A stretch of DNA of 64,000 bases from Candidatus Spongiisociaceae bacterium (GCA_965262915.1 OZ253564.1:1888001-1952000); one strand, 5' to 3'. Shown: positions 1-10,304, counted from the stretch's first letter. Numbers and translations: made by a program. The notes: generated from the letters alone by a model not told the origin.

Positions 1-920
1 TGGGAGATGCGGTCCAGAACCACCGCCACGATGAACAGCGCCAGCCCGGCAGAGGTCGACAGTGGGGTGTCGATGTTCAGAACCGCCCTGTACACCAAGA
101 GGCCCAGTCCGCTGGCCCCCATGATGGCGGCGATACCGATCATCGAAATCGCCAGGAGCAGGGTCTGGTTGAGGCCGGTCATGATGGCGGGACGGGCCAG
201 CGGTATCTGGACGTCGATGAGCACCCGCAGTTCCGACGCTCCGTAGGCGCGGCTGGCCTCCACCACGTCGGCGGGCACTTGGCGAACTCCGAGGTTGGTG
301 AGGCGGATCAGGGGCGGAATAGCGAACACCATCGTCACCATCGTGGCCGGCTCCGGACCGAGACCGAAGAAGAAGATGAAGGGGATGATGTAGACGTAGG
401 CATGGACCACCTGCATGGCGTCGAGGACCGGGCGTACCACCTTCCAGACCCCATCGATACGGCCAGATAGTACGCCTAGGGGAATCCCGACGATGGCGCA
501 GATCACCACCGCTACCACGATCAGTCCGATCGTCGTAACGGTCTCCTCCCAGAACTCGTTGCCCAGCAGCCCGCATACCGCTAGCAGCAGGGCCAGAGCT
601 ATTCCCACCTTCAGGTTGCGGGTGATCATCCCGACCACTAACACCCCTCCGCATACCAAGACCCAGGACATGTCGGTGATCTCCCACCACGGGTGGTATT
701 CGGGTCCGTTGACGAAGTTCCGGAACAGGAACGAGAACGGCCACTCGATGATGTCGAGGAGGGTCCCCAAGTTGGCGACGCTCCACGACACCATCTCGTC
801 CATCCAGGATCCGAACGGTATCTCCCACGCGTCGAGAATGGCGTTGTCCCAGAAAGGGACGCTCTCCTCGGTGTCGGGGCCCTGGACGAGGATGGTGGCG
901 ATGTGTGTGAGCAATGTCAT
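1..920 (-). CDS. proW: Glycine betaine/proline ABC transporter permease (ProW/OpuAB), runs off left edge
   Basis: ATG at 920 overlaps the TGA of the upstream ATPase (ATGA). Minus frame reads [16 protein letters not shown]...[64 protein letters not shown]...[36 protein letters not shown] (EAA-like motif). Confidence 0.9.
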   Translation of the reverse strand, partial: MTLLTHIATILVQGPDTEESVPFWDNAILDAWEIPFGSWMDEMVSWSVANLGTLLDIIEWPFSFLFRNFVNGPEYHPWWEITDMSWVLVCGGVLVVGMITRNLKVGIALALLLAVCGLLGNEFWEETVTTIGLIVVAVVICAIVGIPLGVLSGRIDGVWKVVRPVLDAMQVVHAYVYIIPFIFFFGLGPEPATMVTMVFAIPPLIRLTNLGVRQVPADVVEASRAYGASELRVLIDVQIPLARPAIMTGLNQTLLLAISMIGIAAIMGASGLGLLVYRAVLNIDTPLSTSAGLALFIVAVVLDRIS

Positions 921-1602
921 AGATAGGTTTCCCGTTCGAAGCCGTCGATCGGTTGCTCCACCCGTCCCATCTCCTCGATGATGTGGCGCGGATCCAGGTT
1001 GCCCACCAGCCTGCCGTCCTCGTCCATCAGCAGGATGTCGGGATCGGAAGCCAGCGCTCGGGCGAGGCCGACCCGCTGCTGGCGGCCGCCGGATAGCTCG
1101 CGCGGGAGATTGCCGGCGTACGGTTCGAGACCCGCCAACGACAGGGCTTCATCGCGGCTTCGTCCCGCTCTGATTTGTCGACACCCCCGACGTTGAGCCC
1201 GTGGCCGACGTTGTCGATCATGTTCCGATGCGGGAACAAGGCGAAATGCTGGAACACCATCCCGATCTTCTGGCGGCTGGAAGCCTGGAGTCGGGCCCGT
1301 CGAGTGCTTGGACAGCGATACCGTCCACCCACACCTGGCCGGCTGTGGCCTCAAAGAGCTTGTTGACCGTGCGCAGAGCCGTGGACCTACCCGATCCGGA
1401 AAGGCCGATGAGCACGAAGATCTCGCCTGTCGAGGCCGAGAAGCTGACATCCATGATGCCGATGACATGGCCGCAATGTCCCAGCACCTCATCTTTGCTC
1501 ACCCCGGCCCGAGCGAGATCGAAGGCCCGGCCGTGCGGTTGGGGACCAAAGATTCCTATAGACGCTCTGCAAGCGTATCAGCGCGCTGTCGGCCTCCACC
1601 AC
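917..1602 (-). pseudogene. proV: Glycine betaine ABC transporter ATPase (ProV/OpuAA) pseudogene
   Basis: GGAGGAG RBS then GTG at 1602. Motifs are spread over several frames: GLSGSGRS (Walker A K>R), [34 protein letters not shown] joined directly to the CBS tail DGRLVG. At least 3 frameshifts plus a large internal deletion. Confidence 0.9.
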
Positions 1603-1716
1603 GGCGCTCCTCCCCGACTGGTCTCCGGCGCCCTGGCGTGAGACTCTGCGGACTGCCAGGCGCCTCAGTTTGACCTTAGTGGAGGGCTAGTCGCTTCGCC
1701 TTCCGAATCGGGATAT

Positions 1717-1751
1717 GTTTCACGATACGGTACTGTTCCGCATCGTAGCAC
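1717..1751. promoter_or_regulatory. Tandem 17-bp imperfect palindromic operator (GTTTCACGATACGGTAC-T-GTTCCGCATCGTAGCAC) in the proV/fhs divergon
   Basis: Same motif and spacing at 22133-22167 and 21960-21994. Confidence 0.7.
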
Positions 1752-1805
1752 GCGACGGATTAGCATGGCATCCGCATCAGCACCGACATCTCTCGCGGAG
1801 ACTCC

Positions 1806-3575
1806 ATGAGCGCCGGCAAAAGCTTCCCCTCCGATCTCGAGATCGCCCAAGCCGCCACACCGAGACCCATAGCCGAGATCGCCGAATCGATCGGTATCCG
1901 TCCCGGCGAGTTGATCCCCTACGGTTCCACCAAGGCCAAGGTCCACCTGGACATCCTCAAGCGGATCGGAAGCAACCCGACCGGCAGGTACGTGGACGTG
2001 ACCGCGGTCACGCCGACCCCGCTGGGCGAGGGGAAGACGACCACCACCATCGGTCTGGTGCAGGGTTTGGGGGCTCTGGGCAAGAAGGCCATTGCCACCA
2101 TCCGCCAACCGTCGATGGGTCCCACCTTCGGGATCAAGGGCGGTGCGGCCGGTGGTGGTCACAGCCAGGTCATACCAATGGACGAGTTCAACCTGCACCT
2201 CACGGGCGACATACATGCCATCAGCGTGGCGCACAACCTGGTGGCCGCCGCCATCGACGCCCGCTGGTACCACGAGCGGAGGCTGAGCGATTCCCAACTC
2301 GAGGCTCTCGGCATAGAGCGCCTGGACATCGATGTGTTCCAGACGCGCTGGCGGCGGGTGGTGGATGTCAATGATCGGGCGTTGCGCAATGTAGTGGTCG
2401 GTCTCGGAGGACGGATAGACGGCCGGCCTAGAGAGACGGGCTATGACATCACGGTCGCCTCGGAACTGATGGCGATCCTGGCTCTTGCCGACGGTAACGA
2501 CTATGCCTCGGCGCTACGCAACCTCCGGAACCGTTGCGCCCGCGTCGTCATTGGCAATGACAAGGGCGGCCGGCCGATCACTCTGGAGGACTTGGGGGTG
2601 GCGGGTGCGGTGACGGTGCTCATGCGCGACACCCTCCACCCGACCCTGATGCAGACGCTGGAGGGCCAGGCCGCCTTCGTCCACGCCGGGCCGTTTGCCA
2701 ACATCGCCCACGGGAACTCCTCGATCCTGGCCGATCGAGTAGCTCTTCAACTGGGCGACTACGTGATCACGGAATCCGGGTTCGGGTCCGACATGGGCAT
2801 GGAGAAGTTCATCGACATCAAGTGCCGGGTCTCCGGGTTGGTCCCCGATGCCGTGGTTCTCGTGGCGACGGTGAGGGCTCTCAAGACGCACGGAGGCGGT
2901 CCCAAAGTAGTGGCCGGGCGAGCGCTCGATGAGGCCTACACCAACGAGAACCTCCCGCTGCTGCAGGCCGGGTTGACCAACCTTGTTGCTCACATCGAGG
3001 GAGCTCGCCGATTCGGGTTGCGAGTGGTGGTGGCGGTGAACTCGTTTCCCACCGACACCCGGAACGAGATTGATACCGTGAAGCGGGCGGCTCTCGAGGC
3101 CGGGGCGCTTGCGGCGGTGACCGCCTCGCACTGGGCCGACGGGGGGAGTGGGGCTACGGACCTGGCCCGGGCTGTGATCGATGCCTGCGAGGAACCCAAC
3201 GACTTCCGGTTCCTCTATCCGCTGGAACACTCCATCAAACAGAAGATCGAGACCGTCGCCACCGATGTGTACGGCGCCGCCGGAGTGGAGTACTCGCCGC
3301 GGGCGGAGCGGGACATCTCCGGGTTCGAGAAGGACGGATTCGGTTACCTCCCCATATGCATGGCCAAGACACCCCTGTCGATTTCCCACGATCCGAAGCT
3401 GAAAGGGCGCCCCAGCGGGTACCGGCTGCCGGTCCGCGAGGTGAGAGCATCCGTAGGGGCAGGGTTCCTGATTCCGATCTTGGGGGCGATCAGCACCATG
3501 CCCGGCCTTGGCACCAAGCCGGCCTTCATGAACGTCGACATCGACGAGGACGGCAAGATCGTTGGGCTCTTCTGA
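1806..3575 (+). CDS. fhs: Formate--tetrahydrofolate ligase
   Basis: TPTPLGEGKTTT, GIKGGAAGGG, VHAGPFANIAHG, CMAKTPLS motifs; 589 aa. Confidence 0.97.
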   Translation: MSAGKSFPSDLEIAQAATPRPIAEIAESIGIRPGELIPYGSTKAKVHLDILKRIGSNPTGRYVDVTAVTPTPLGEGKTTTTIGLVQGLGALGKKAIATIRQPSMGPTFGIKGGAAGGGHSQVIPMDEFNLHLTGDIHAISVAHNLVAAAIDARWYHERRLSDSQLEALGIERLDIDVFQTRWRRVVDVNDRALRNVVVGLGGRIDGRPRETGYDITVASELMAILALADGNDYASALRNLRNRCARVVIGNDKGGRPITLEDLGVAGAVTVLMRDTLHPTLMQTLEGQAAFVHAGPFANIAHGNSSILADRVALQLGDYVITESGFGSDMGMEKFIDIKCRVSGLVPDAVVLVATVRALKTHGGGPKVVAGRALDEAYTNENLPLLQAGLTNLVAHIEGARRFGLRVVVAVNSFPTDTRNEIDTVKRAALEAGALAAVTASHWADGGSGATDLARAVIDACEEPNDFRFLYPLEHSIKQKIETVATDVYGAAGVEYSPRAERDISGFEKDGFGYLPICMAKTPLSISHDPKLKGRPSGYRLPVREVRASVGAGFLIPILGAISTMPGLGTKPAFMNVDIDEDGKIVGLF

Positions 3576-4146
3576 CTCGGTCCGCGAGCATGCGCACGAG
3601 CGGATCGCTCTCATCCGGTACCTAGTGGTCTGCCTGCAAGATGATTCGGCGCGCCCTGCTTGCCATCGACGCCCCTCGCCGCGTTCCGCCTCCTCGACGT
3701 ACCGCTGCGGGTACGCCTTCGTCGGCGGGCCTCGCGAGGAACGCCGCTGCCGGCGCATGCCGCACCACCATCTCACAGACAGACCACTGGTCGACTGTCT
3801 CGACCTCGATCGGTCTGCGCAGTTCTGGGGTCCGCTCCTCGGCTTGCAGCCCGGGCGTCGGCTCGACAACTACCTGTTCATGGGTTCCGCCCTCCCCGGA
3901 TGCGATCTGGTTCTCCAACTCGTGGACCGGGTCACGACCGACAAAAGTCCCATCCATTTCGATATCGAAGGGCCGAATACGGAGGACTTCGAGAAGATCG
4001 TGGCCCGCGCGGAGCAACTCGGTGGCACAATCTTGGAGACAGTCGAGGAGGCCGAGTACACGTTGACGGTCATGACCGATCCTGACGGTAACGAGTTCTG
4101 TGTGAACCGGGTGCCATCAGGAGTGCCCGGCGGTAGCGACTCGTAG
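3562..4146 (+). CDS. VOC/glyoxalase family protein carrying an in-frame 55-codon MITE insertion (start uncertain)
   Basis: VDCLDLDRSAQFW...KSPIHFDI...AEQLGG...VMTDPDGNEFC; the N-terminal strand IRYL is separated from VDC by the repeat at 3622-3790. Confidence 0.8.
   Translation: MGSSDSVREHAHERIALIRYLVVCLQDDSARPACHRRPSPRSASSTYRCGYAFVGGPREERRCRRMPHHHLTDRPLVDCLDLDRSAQFWGPLLGLQPGRRLDNYLFMGSALPGCDLVLQLVDRVTTDKSPIHFDIEGPNTEDFEKIVARAEQLGGTILETVEEAEYTLTVMTDPDGNEFCVNRVPSGVPGGSDS
3622..3790. mobile_element. MITE family A (165 bp + 4-bp target; TIR TGGTCTGYCTG...CAGACAGACCA)
   Basis: Flanked by CTAG/CTGG; near-identical copy at 40959-41127 and diverged inverted copy at 46406-46574. Confidence 0.85.
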
Positions 4147-4195
4147 CCGGCGGAGCACAACGCCCGTCGGGAGCGAAGGAAAAGGAGGTGTTCGA

Positions 4196-6079
4196 ATGCC
4201 GAAGGCGAAGCTTCCGCGTCTTACCACCCCGTATGTCAGGCGCGGCGGTGAGTTGGCGCCGACCACGTGGGATGAGGCGCTTACCGTCGCCGCGGCCGGG
4301 CTTGCGGCTCACAGCGGCCGTTCGTACGGGATGTTCTCGTGTTCCAAGGCCACCAACGAGATGAACTTCCTGGCCCAGAAGTTCTCCCGGATCGTCTTGG
4401 GGTCCAACAACATCGACTCGTGCAACCGCACCTGACACGCTCCCTCCGTCGCCGGTCTGGCGGCAGTTCTGGGACTGGGAGGCGGGACCTCATCCTACGA
4501 GGAGATCGAGACCACCGATGTGATCCTCCTGTGGGGTTCCAACGCGCGCGAGGCGCACCCGATCTTCTTCCACCACCTCATGAAGGGTGTGCGTAACGGC
4601 GCCACCATGTACGCGGTGGATCCGCGGCGGACCACCTCGGCTATGTGGGCAGATGTCTGGTTGGGGATCGACGTGGGTTCCGATATCGCTCTTGCCAACG
4701 CGGTGGGGCGCGAGATCATCGCGTCCGGCCTACACAACCAGGCGTTCATCGACCACGCCACCTACGGGTTCGAGGCTTATGCCGAAGCCGTCGAGCCCTG
4801 GACTCCGGAGCGGGGTTCCGAAGTGACGGGCCTTCCGGCCGGGGTGATCCGCCGGATGGCCCACGACTATGCAACGGCGGAGCAGGCGCAGATCTGCTGG
4901 ACGTTGGGCATCACCGAGCACCACAACGCCACCGACAACGTACTGGCCCTCATCAACCTGGCCCTGCTCACCGGTCATGTCGGTCGGTACGGCTCCGGTT
5001 TGGTGCCCATCAGAGGCCAGAACAACGTGCAGGGCGGCGGCGACATGGGTGCGCTGCCCGACAAGCTGCCCGGCTTCCAGGATGTCGAGGACCCGGTGGC
5101 CAGAGGCAAGTTCGAGGCGCTGTGGGGTCGATCCGTTCCCGACCGGGCCGGGAAGCACATTTCCTTGATGCTCGAGGCCATGGAGCACAAGGAGATCACC
5201 GCCCTGTACGTGATCGGCGAGAACCCCGCACAGTCCGAGGCCCGTTCGGACCATGTACGGGAGATCCTGTCGGGGCTCGAATTCATGCTGGTGCAGGACA
5301 TGTTCATGACCCGGACCGCCCAGCTGGCCGATGTCGTACTTCCCGCGGCGGCGGGATGGGCGGAAACGGAGGGCACCGTGACGTCCTCCGAGAGGCGGGT
5401 ACAGCGGGTCCGGAGGGCCCTCGATCCCCCCGGGGACGCCAAGGACGACCTCGAGATCATCTCCGCGCTCGCCGACCGGATGGGCAAAGGCTGGGGGTAC
5501 CCCACTGGCGAGGAGGTGTGGGACGAACTGAGAAGTCTGTCGCCGCTGCACGGGGGCATGTCGTACCGGCGGCTCGAAGAGTCAGGTGGTCTCCAATGGC
5601 CCTGCCCCGACGAAGACCATCCGGGCACGCTGTTCCTCCACGGTGGGCTCTGGGAGGATCCCATGCCCCGGGATCCGGTCCCGTTCATGCCCACTCCGTG
5701 GGCGCCCCCGGTGGACGAGCTGACCGAGGAGTTTCCCATCCGTCTCACCACGGGACGTCGCCTCGACTCCTACAACACCGGAGTCCAATCAGGCGGATAC
5801 GGCTCACCCCTGCGGGTCGCCGCGGCCATCGAGATGGCGCCGGAGGACGGCGCGGCGCTTGCTCTGTCGGAGGGCGAGATGGTCAGCGTTACCTCGAGGC
5901 GGGGAACCCTCGAAGTTCCGGTGTTCTTCCATCGGTCTCTCCGTCCCGGACTGGCCTTCATGGCGGTCCACAATCCCGACGAGGCAGATGTGAACCTGCT
6001 CACCGTGGATGTGTGGGATCCGAAGTCGGGTACCGCGGAGTTCAAAGCCACCGCGGTCCGTGTAGAACCCGTTGCCTAG
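4196..6079 (+). CDS. fdhF: Selenocysteine-containing Mo/W-bisPGD formate dehydrogenase catalytic subunit (UGA 4433-4435 = Sec), ~627 aa
   Basis: ORFs 4196-4435 and 4520-6079 are in the same frame. IDSCNRT-U-HAPSVAGL matches the FdhF active site; RGQNNVQGGGDMG; strong RBS AAGGAGGTG. Confidence 0.93.
4436..4466 (+). promoter_or_regulatory. Bacterial SECIS element
   Basis: Hairpin GUCGCC-GGUCU-GGCGGC starting 12 nt after the in-frame UGA, with a GU-containing loop like the E. coli fdhF SECIS. Confidence 0.75.
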
Positions 6080-6181
6080 GAGGGTGGTGTGAAACCCCTT
6101 CACGGCCCGTCGACCGATGACATAATGCCTGTTCAGAGGAAGACGGGCCGTTGCTCCCACCGTTTTAGACCACCTTCCTAG
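6076..6181. mobile_element. MITE family B (~102 bp; TIR GAGGGTGGT...ACCACCTTC) with CTAG duplication at the fdhF stop codon
   Basis: CTAG at both ends; homologous copies at 17331-17437, 32545-32762 and 11893-11963. Confidence 0.88.
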
Positions 6182-6205
6182 GAGGATCCCATCGACCTGC
6201 GTCTC

Positions 6206-7987
6206 ATGTCCGCAGTACCGACTCCTGTTGAGAGGGAGGCGGTCGATGACTTGCTCGGAGCGCCCCGCTCGTCCTGGGAAGGTGGCACGCTGCAGTCCCA
6301 CGACCTCCGCGTCGCGTTCGGAGGTTACCGCCGGTCGCTCGAGAACCGTCACATGCTGCTGCCGACCCTTCACGCCGTACAGGATCGGATCGGGTGGATA
6401 AGCAAAGGAGCTCTCAACTACATATGTGAGCGGTTGGCGGTGCCACCGGCCGAGGCCTACGGGGTGGCCGGTTTCTACGCGTTGCTGGCCTTGGAGGAGC
6501 GTCCCTCTCGGGTTGCCCATGTCTGCGACGACGTGGCCTGTGGTGCAGTCGGTGGTAACGACATCCTCGCCGACCTGGAAGGTCGACCGGATATCCATCC
6601 GAGCCCGTGCCTCGGCCAATGCGACCGGGGTCCGGCCGTTTTCCTGCAGCGGGCCGGCGACGAGGATGCCATCCTGGTGGGAGCAACGTCCCAGCGGGTG
6701 TTGGCCGCCCTGGAGGGCGACGCGTTGCCGCTTCCTACGGTGACAGTCCCGCAACGGGGGGACCCGTCACTGAAGCTGCTCCGGCGGATCGGTGTGGTCG
6801 ATCCGACCTCGTTGGACGGCTACCGGGCCTCCGGTGGCTACGAAGCGCTCCTGCGAGTTCTCGAGATGGGCCCCGGGCAGGTGATCGCCGAGATAAAGGC
6901 TGCCAACCTGCGGGGACGGGGTGGAGCCGCCTTTCCGATGGGTATCAAGTGGGATGCCGTTGCCCGCTCCGCGGAGACGCCCAGCTACGTGATCTGCAAC
7001 GCCGACGAGTCCGAGCCGGGCACCTTCAAGGACCGGGTCCTTATGGAGGGCGACCCCTTTGCCCTGGTCGAATCGATGACCATTGCCGGGTTGACCGTCG
7101 GTGCCGAACTCGGCTACCTCTATATCCGGGCCGAGTACCCCGTGGCGCAGGCCCGCATGTGCCAAGCCATCGCTTCGGCGCGCGGCGCCGGCCTGTTGGG
7201 GGAGGACGTTTCGGGTTCCGGCCGATCGTTCGACATCGAGGTCCGGCGAGGGGGTGGCGCATATATCTGCGGTGAGGAGACCGCCCTGATGAACTCGATC
7301 GAAGGCAAGCGGGGAGAGCCCCGCAACAAGCCGCCGTTCCCCACCCAGGTGGGCCTGTTCGGACGCCCCACGGTCATCAACAACGTGGAGACGCTGGTCA
7401 ACGTGCTCGACATAGTTCTCGAAGGGGGGGCGGCCTACGCCGAGATCGGAACCGGGGAGTCGACCGGGCCGAAGCTCTTCTGCCTGGCCGGCGCGGTTGG
7501 CAGCCCGGGGGTGTACGAGGTTGAGTTCGGACAGACGCTGGGCTCGCTCATCGAGCTGGCCGGCGGGATCACGGGGACGGGCCACCTGGGTGCGGTGATG
7601 CTGGGCGGAGCGGCTGGAGTCTTTGTCGGAGCGCAACACCTGGACATGCCGCTGACCTTCGAGCATGCGCGGGCCCGCAACGCCACCCTCGGGTCCGGGG
7701 TGGTCCTGGTATTCGACGACGACACCGACTTCCGTGCCATATCCCGCCGGATCGCCCGGTTCTTCCGGGACGAGTCGTGCGGCCAATGCGTACCGTGCCG
7801 GGTCGGCACCGTCCGCCAGGAGGAGTTGCTGGCCCGCCACCTGGCGGGCGGGCCTTTCGAGGAGCAGCTCTTCGACGATCTGGCCCGCGTCATGATGGAC
7901 GCGTCGATCTGCGGGCTGGGACACACCGCCTCGACTGCCATCCGGTCGGCTGTCGATCTGGGCCTTCTGGGGGATTCCGGTGGCTGA
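6206..7987 (+). CDS. Fused NuoE-NuoF-like (FdsG/FdsB) diaphorase subunit of NAD-linked formate dehydrogenase
   Basis: N-term VCDDVAC/CLGQC (2Fe-2S); LRGRGGAAFP, CNADESEPGTFKDR, GAYICGEETAL, ESCGQCVPCRVG, SICGLG. Confidence 0.92.
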   Translation: MSAVPTPVEREAVDDLLGAPRSSWEGGTLQSHDLRVAFGGYRRSLENRHMLLPTLHAVQDRIGWISKGALNYICERLAVPPAEAYGVAGFYALLALEERPSRVAHVCDDVACGAVGGNDILADLEGRPDIHPSPCLGQCDRGPAVFLQRAGDEDAILVGATSQRVLAALEGDALPLPTVTVPQRGDPSLKLLRRIGVVDPTSLDGYRASGGYEALLRVLEMGPGQVIAEIKAANLRGRGGAAFPMGIKWDAVARSAETPSYVICNADESEPGTFKDRVLMEGDPFALVESMTIAGLTVGAELGYLYIRAEYPVAQARMCQAIASARGAGLLGEDVSGSGRSFDIEVRRGGGAYICGEETALMNSIEGKRGEPRNKPPFPTQVGLFGRPTVINNVETLVNVLDIVLEGGAAYAEIGTGESTGPKLFCLAGAVGSPGVYEVEFGQTLGSLIELAGGITGTGHLGAVMLGGAAGVFVGAQHLDMPLTFEHARARNATLGSGVVLVFDDDTDFRAISRRIARFFRDESCGQCVPCRVGTVRQEELLARHLAGGPFEEQLFDDLARVMMDASICGLGHTASTAIRSAVDLGLLGDSGG

Positions 7988-8963
7988 AGTCACGCTGACC
8001 ATCGACGGGTCGCAGGTCTCGGTGAGGTCCGGGTCCACCATCCTCGACGCCTGCCGGGCTACGGACAACGACCAGCCCACCCTGTGCTACCTCGACAACC
8101 TCACGCCGGTCAACGTGTGCCGGGTGTGCGTGGTCGAGGTGAAGGGGAGCCGCATCCTGGTGCCGTCCTGCAGCAGGACCGCCGAGCAGGGAATGGTCGT
8201 GTCCACCGACACCGAACGGGTGCGACACTCCCGAAAGATGGTCTACGAGTTTCTCGCCTCGTCGGTAGACCTCGGTCTGGTGGACGAGCAGACCGCCCGC
8301 TGGATGAAGGACTATGGATGCGATCCTGATCGCTACGGTCGTCCGGCCGGGCCGGTCGACGACCGGGACGAGCGGGTGGCCGGCCATCATCACGTGGGCG
8401 ACGGGGCCGAGGCAGAGACGGTTCACCAGCCGGTCAAGGTGGACAACGAACTGTACGTGCGCGACTACTCCCGCTGCATCCTCTGTTACAAGTGCGTGGA
8501 GGCGTGCGGGGAGGACGCCCAGAACACCTTCGCCATCGCCGTGGCAGGCCGCGGGTTCGACGCCCGGATCTCCACCGAGTTCGACACGGGACTGACCGAG
8601 GGGGCCTGCGTCTTCTGCGGCAACTGCATTGGCGTGTGTCCAACGGGCGCCCTCATGTTCCGCAGCGAGTACGAACTCAGGTCAGCGGGTCTGTGGCAGC
8701 AGGATCGCCAGAGTGTCACCCGGACCATATGCTCCTATTGCGGGGTCGGTTGCAACCTCGAGCTGCATGTCCAGGACAACAGGATCGTGAAGGTCACCTC
8801 ACCGATCGACCACTCGGTCACCTCTGGCCATCTATGCATCAAAGGCCGCTTCGGATACGAATATGTCCAGGAACTGGGCGACCTCGGCGTCACACCAATC
8901 GATGAGGTTCTGAGACGGGCGCGCGTGCCCGACGCGGGAAGCGGGGTCCGTGACGACCTATAG
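7980..8963 (+). CDS. NuoG/FdsA N-terminal-like Fe-S subunit (2Fe-2S, 2x4Fe-4S, C-terminal Molybdop_Fe4S4 domain)
   Basis: CRVCVVE..SC, CILCYKCVEAC, CVFCGNCIGVCP, TICSYCGVGC...LCIKGRFG. Confidence 0.92.
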   Translation: MAEVTLTIDGSQVSVRSGSTILDACRATDNDQPTLCYLDNLTPVNVCRVCVVEVKGSRILVPSCSRTAEQGMVVSTDTERVRHSRKMVYEFLASSVDLGLVDEQTARWMKDYGCDPDRYGRPAGPVDDRDERVAGHHHVGDGAEAETVHQPVKVDNELYVRDYSRCILCYKCVEACGEDAQNTFAIAVAGRGFDARISTEFDTGLTEGACVFCGNCIGVCPTGALMFRSEYELRSAGLWQQDRQSVTRTICSYCGVGCNLELHVQDNRIVKVTSPIDHSVTSGHLCIKGRFGYEYVQELGDLGVTPIDEVLRRARVPDAGSGVRDDL

Positions 8964-9026
8964 GGTCCGTTCGCCGGGCGCACACGGACCTGATGACCCC
9001 GTCAGCCGTCGCCCGGTTGCCGGCAT

Positions 9027-10304
9027 ATGGGCCGGGACGGTCCTGAAACGACTTCTTTGACGGCCCGCGCGCCGCGTTCGAGTCCTGGTTCAGGGGACGA
9101 ACGGCTCACCGGTTCGGCCACCGCGGCGGCCTTGTTCGGTGTGGTTATCGTGGTGACCCACGGGTTCGGGAACAGCCTCGTACCGGCTCTCCTGCCGCGT
9201 ATCGCAGAGTCTTTTGACGCGGGATACGGCGTTCTCGGTCTGGCCGTGGCCGCCGGGCTGATCGCCTACGGCGTGGGAGCAGCCCTTGGGATAAGAATCG
9301 TCGACCGTGTCCCGCCGAGGGCCTTGCTGGTTACCTGCCTCGCGGTTTGCGGCGCCGGCCTCCTGGCCGTATCCGGGGCAGGTTCGCCAGGAGTACTGGC
9401 CTTGTGTGTAGTCGTTATCGGCTTGGCATCACCGATCAGTTGGTCGGTGACGGTCTACTTCGTCGGTCGGGTGGTCGGCTCCGCCGCCCACGGCCGCGTC
9501 TTGGCCGTCGCCGCGGCCGGAGCCGGTGTGGGCAACGGAATAAACGGCGTTTTCGTACAGATGTTGACAGCGCGCGGGCAGTGGAGGTGGGCCTTCGTCA
9601 TCGCCGGAGGTCTGGCCGCAGCCATGGTGGTCGTAACCTTGCTGGTGCTTCGCCGTCCGATCGAGCCGCCGGCCCGGGCGGCTGGGACCGGTCGAGAGGG
9701 GGAAGCCTGGCGGCGAATCTGGTCGGAGCCGGCCGGGCGGCTCGTGATCCTGATGAGCATGGTGGCGGGTATCGGAACCTTCACGTTCTCCGCCTACCTC
9801 TCGGAAGTGGCGCTGGATGAAATGCTGGTGAGCCCGCTGGCGGCCGCAACCCCGTGGTGGTTGGCCTCGGCGGTAGGGATTGCGGTTGCCCTGCCGATAG
9901 GCTTGATAAGCGACCGCGGGTCCCCCGTCGGGGTTATGGCGATAACTGCTCTCACCTACGGGGCCTCCCTGACGATACTGGTGTTCACCTGGTCGTACCC
10001 GGCTCTCTTGATGGCCACCTTCGGGTTCGCGGTTTTCAGCTACCCGATCTGGGGGCTGTTCGGGCTGGTCGCTCACCGGAGCTTCCCACCCGAACTGGCG
10101 GTTCGAGCCGTGTCGGGCGGGTTGGCTGTAGCAGCATGCTCGGCCATGGCGGGGGTAACCGCGGCCGGTTGGTGGATAGACAGGACCGGAAGCTTACGAG
10201 GTCCGGCAATCGTGCTTGCCTTGATGATTACCGTGGTTGGGGTCCGGCTCCTTTGCCTCCACCGGGCTGCGTCGCCGAGGATCGGACACTTGTGGAAGAC
10301 GTAA
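9027..10304 (+). CDS. MFS transporter
   Basis: ~12 hydrophobic segments; motif-A-like GIRIVDRVPPR and GLISDRGSP. Confidence 0.8.
   Translation: MGRDGPETTSLTARAPRSSPGSGDERLTGSATAAALFGVVIVVTHGFGNSLVPALLPRIAESFDAGYGVLGLAVAAGLIAYGVGAALGIRIVDRVPPRALLVTCLAVCGAGLLAVSGAGSPGVLALCVVVIGLASPISWSVTVYFVGRVVGSAAHGRVLAVAAAGAGVGNGINGVFVQMLTARGQWRWAFVIAGGLAAAMVVVTLLVLRRPIEPPARAAGTGREGEAWRRIWSEPAGRLVILMSMVAGIGTFTFSAYLSEVALDEMLVSPLAAATPWWLASAVGIAVALPIGLISDRGSPVGVMAITALTYGASLTILVFTWSYPALLMATFGFAVFSYPIWGLFGLVAHRSFPPELAVRAVSGGLAVAACSAMAGVTAAGWWIDRTGSLRGPAIVLALMITVVGVRLLCLHRAASPRIGHLWKT

Noticed and set aside
4433-4435. fdhF as a nonsense pseudogene
   Set aside because: The stop falls exactly at the Sec/Cys ligand and is followed by a SECIS-like hairpin.
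6206-7987. Complex I (nuoEF) operon
   Set aside because: No other nuo genes; the context indicates an FDH diaphorase module.
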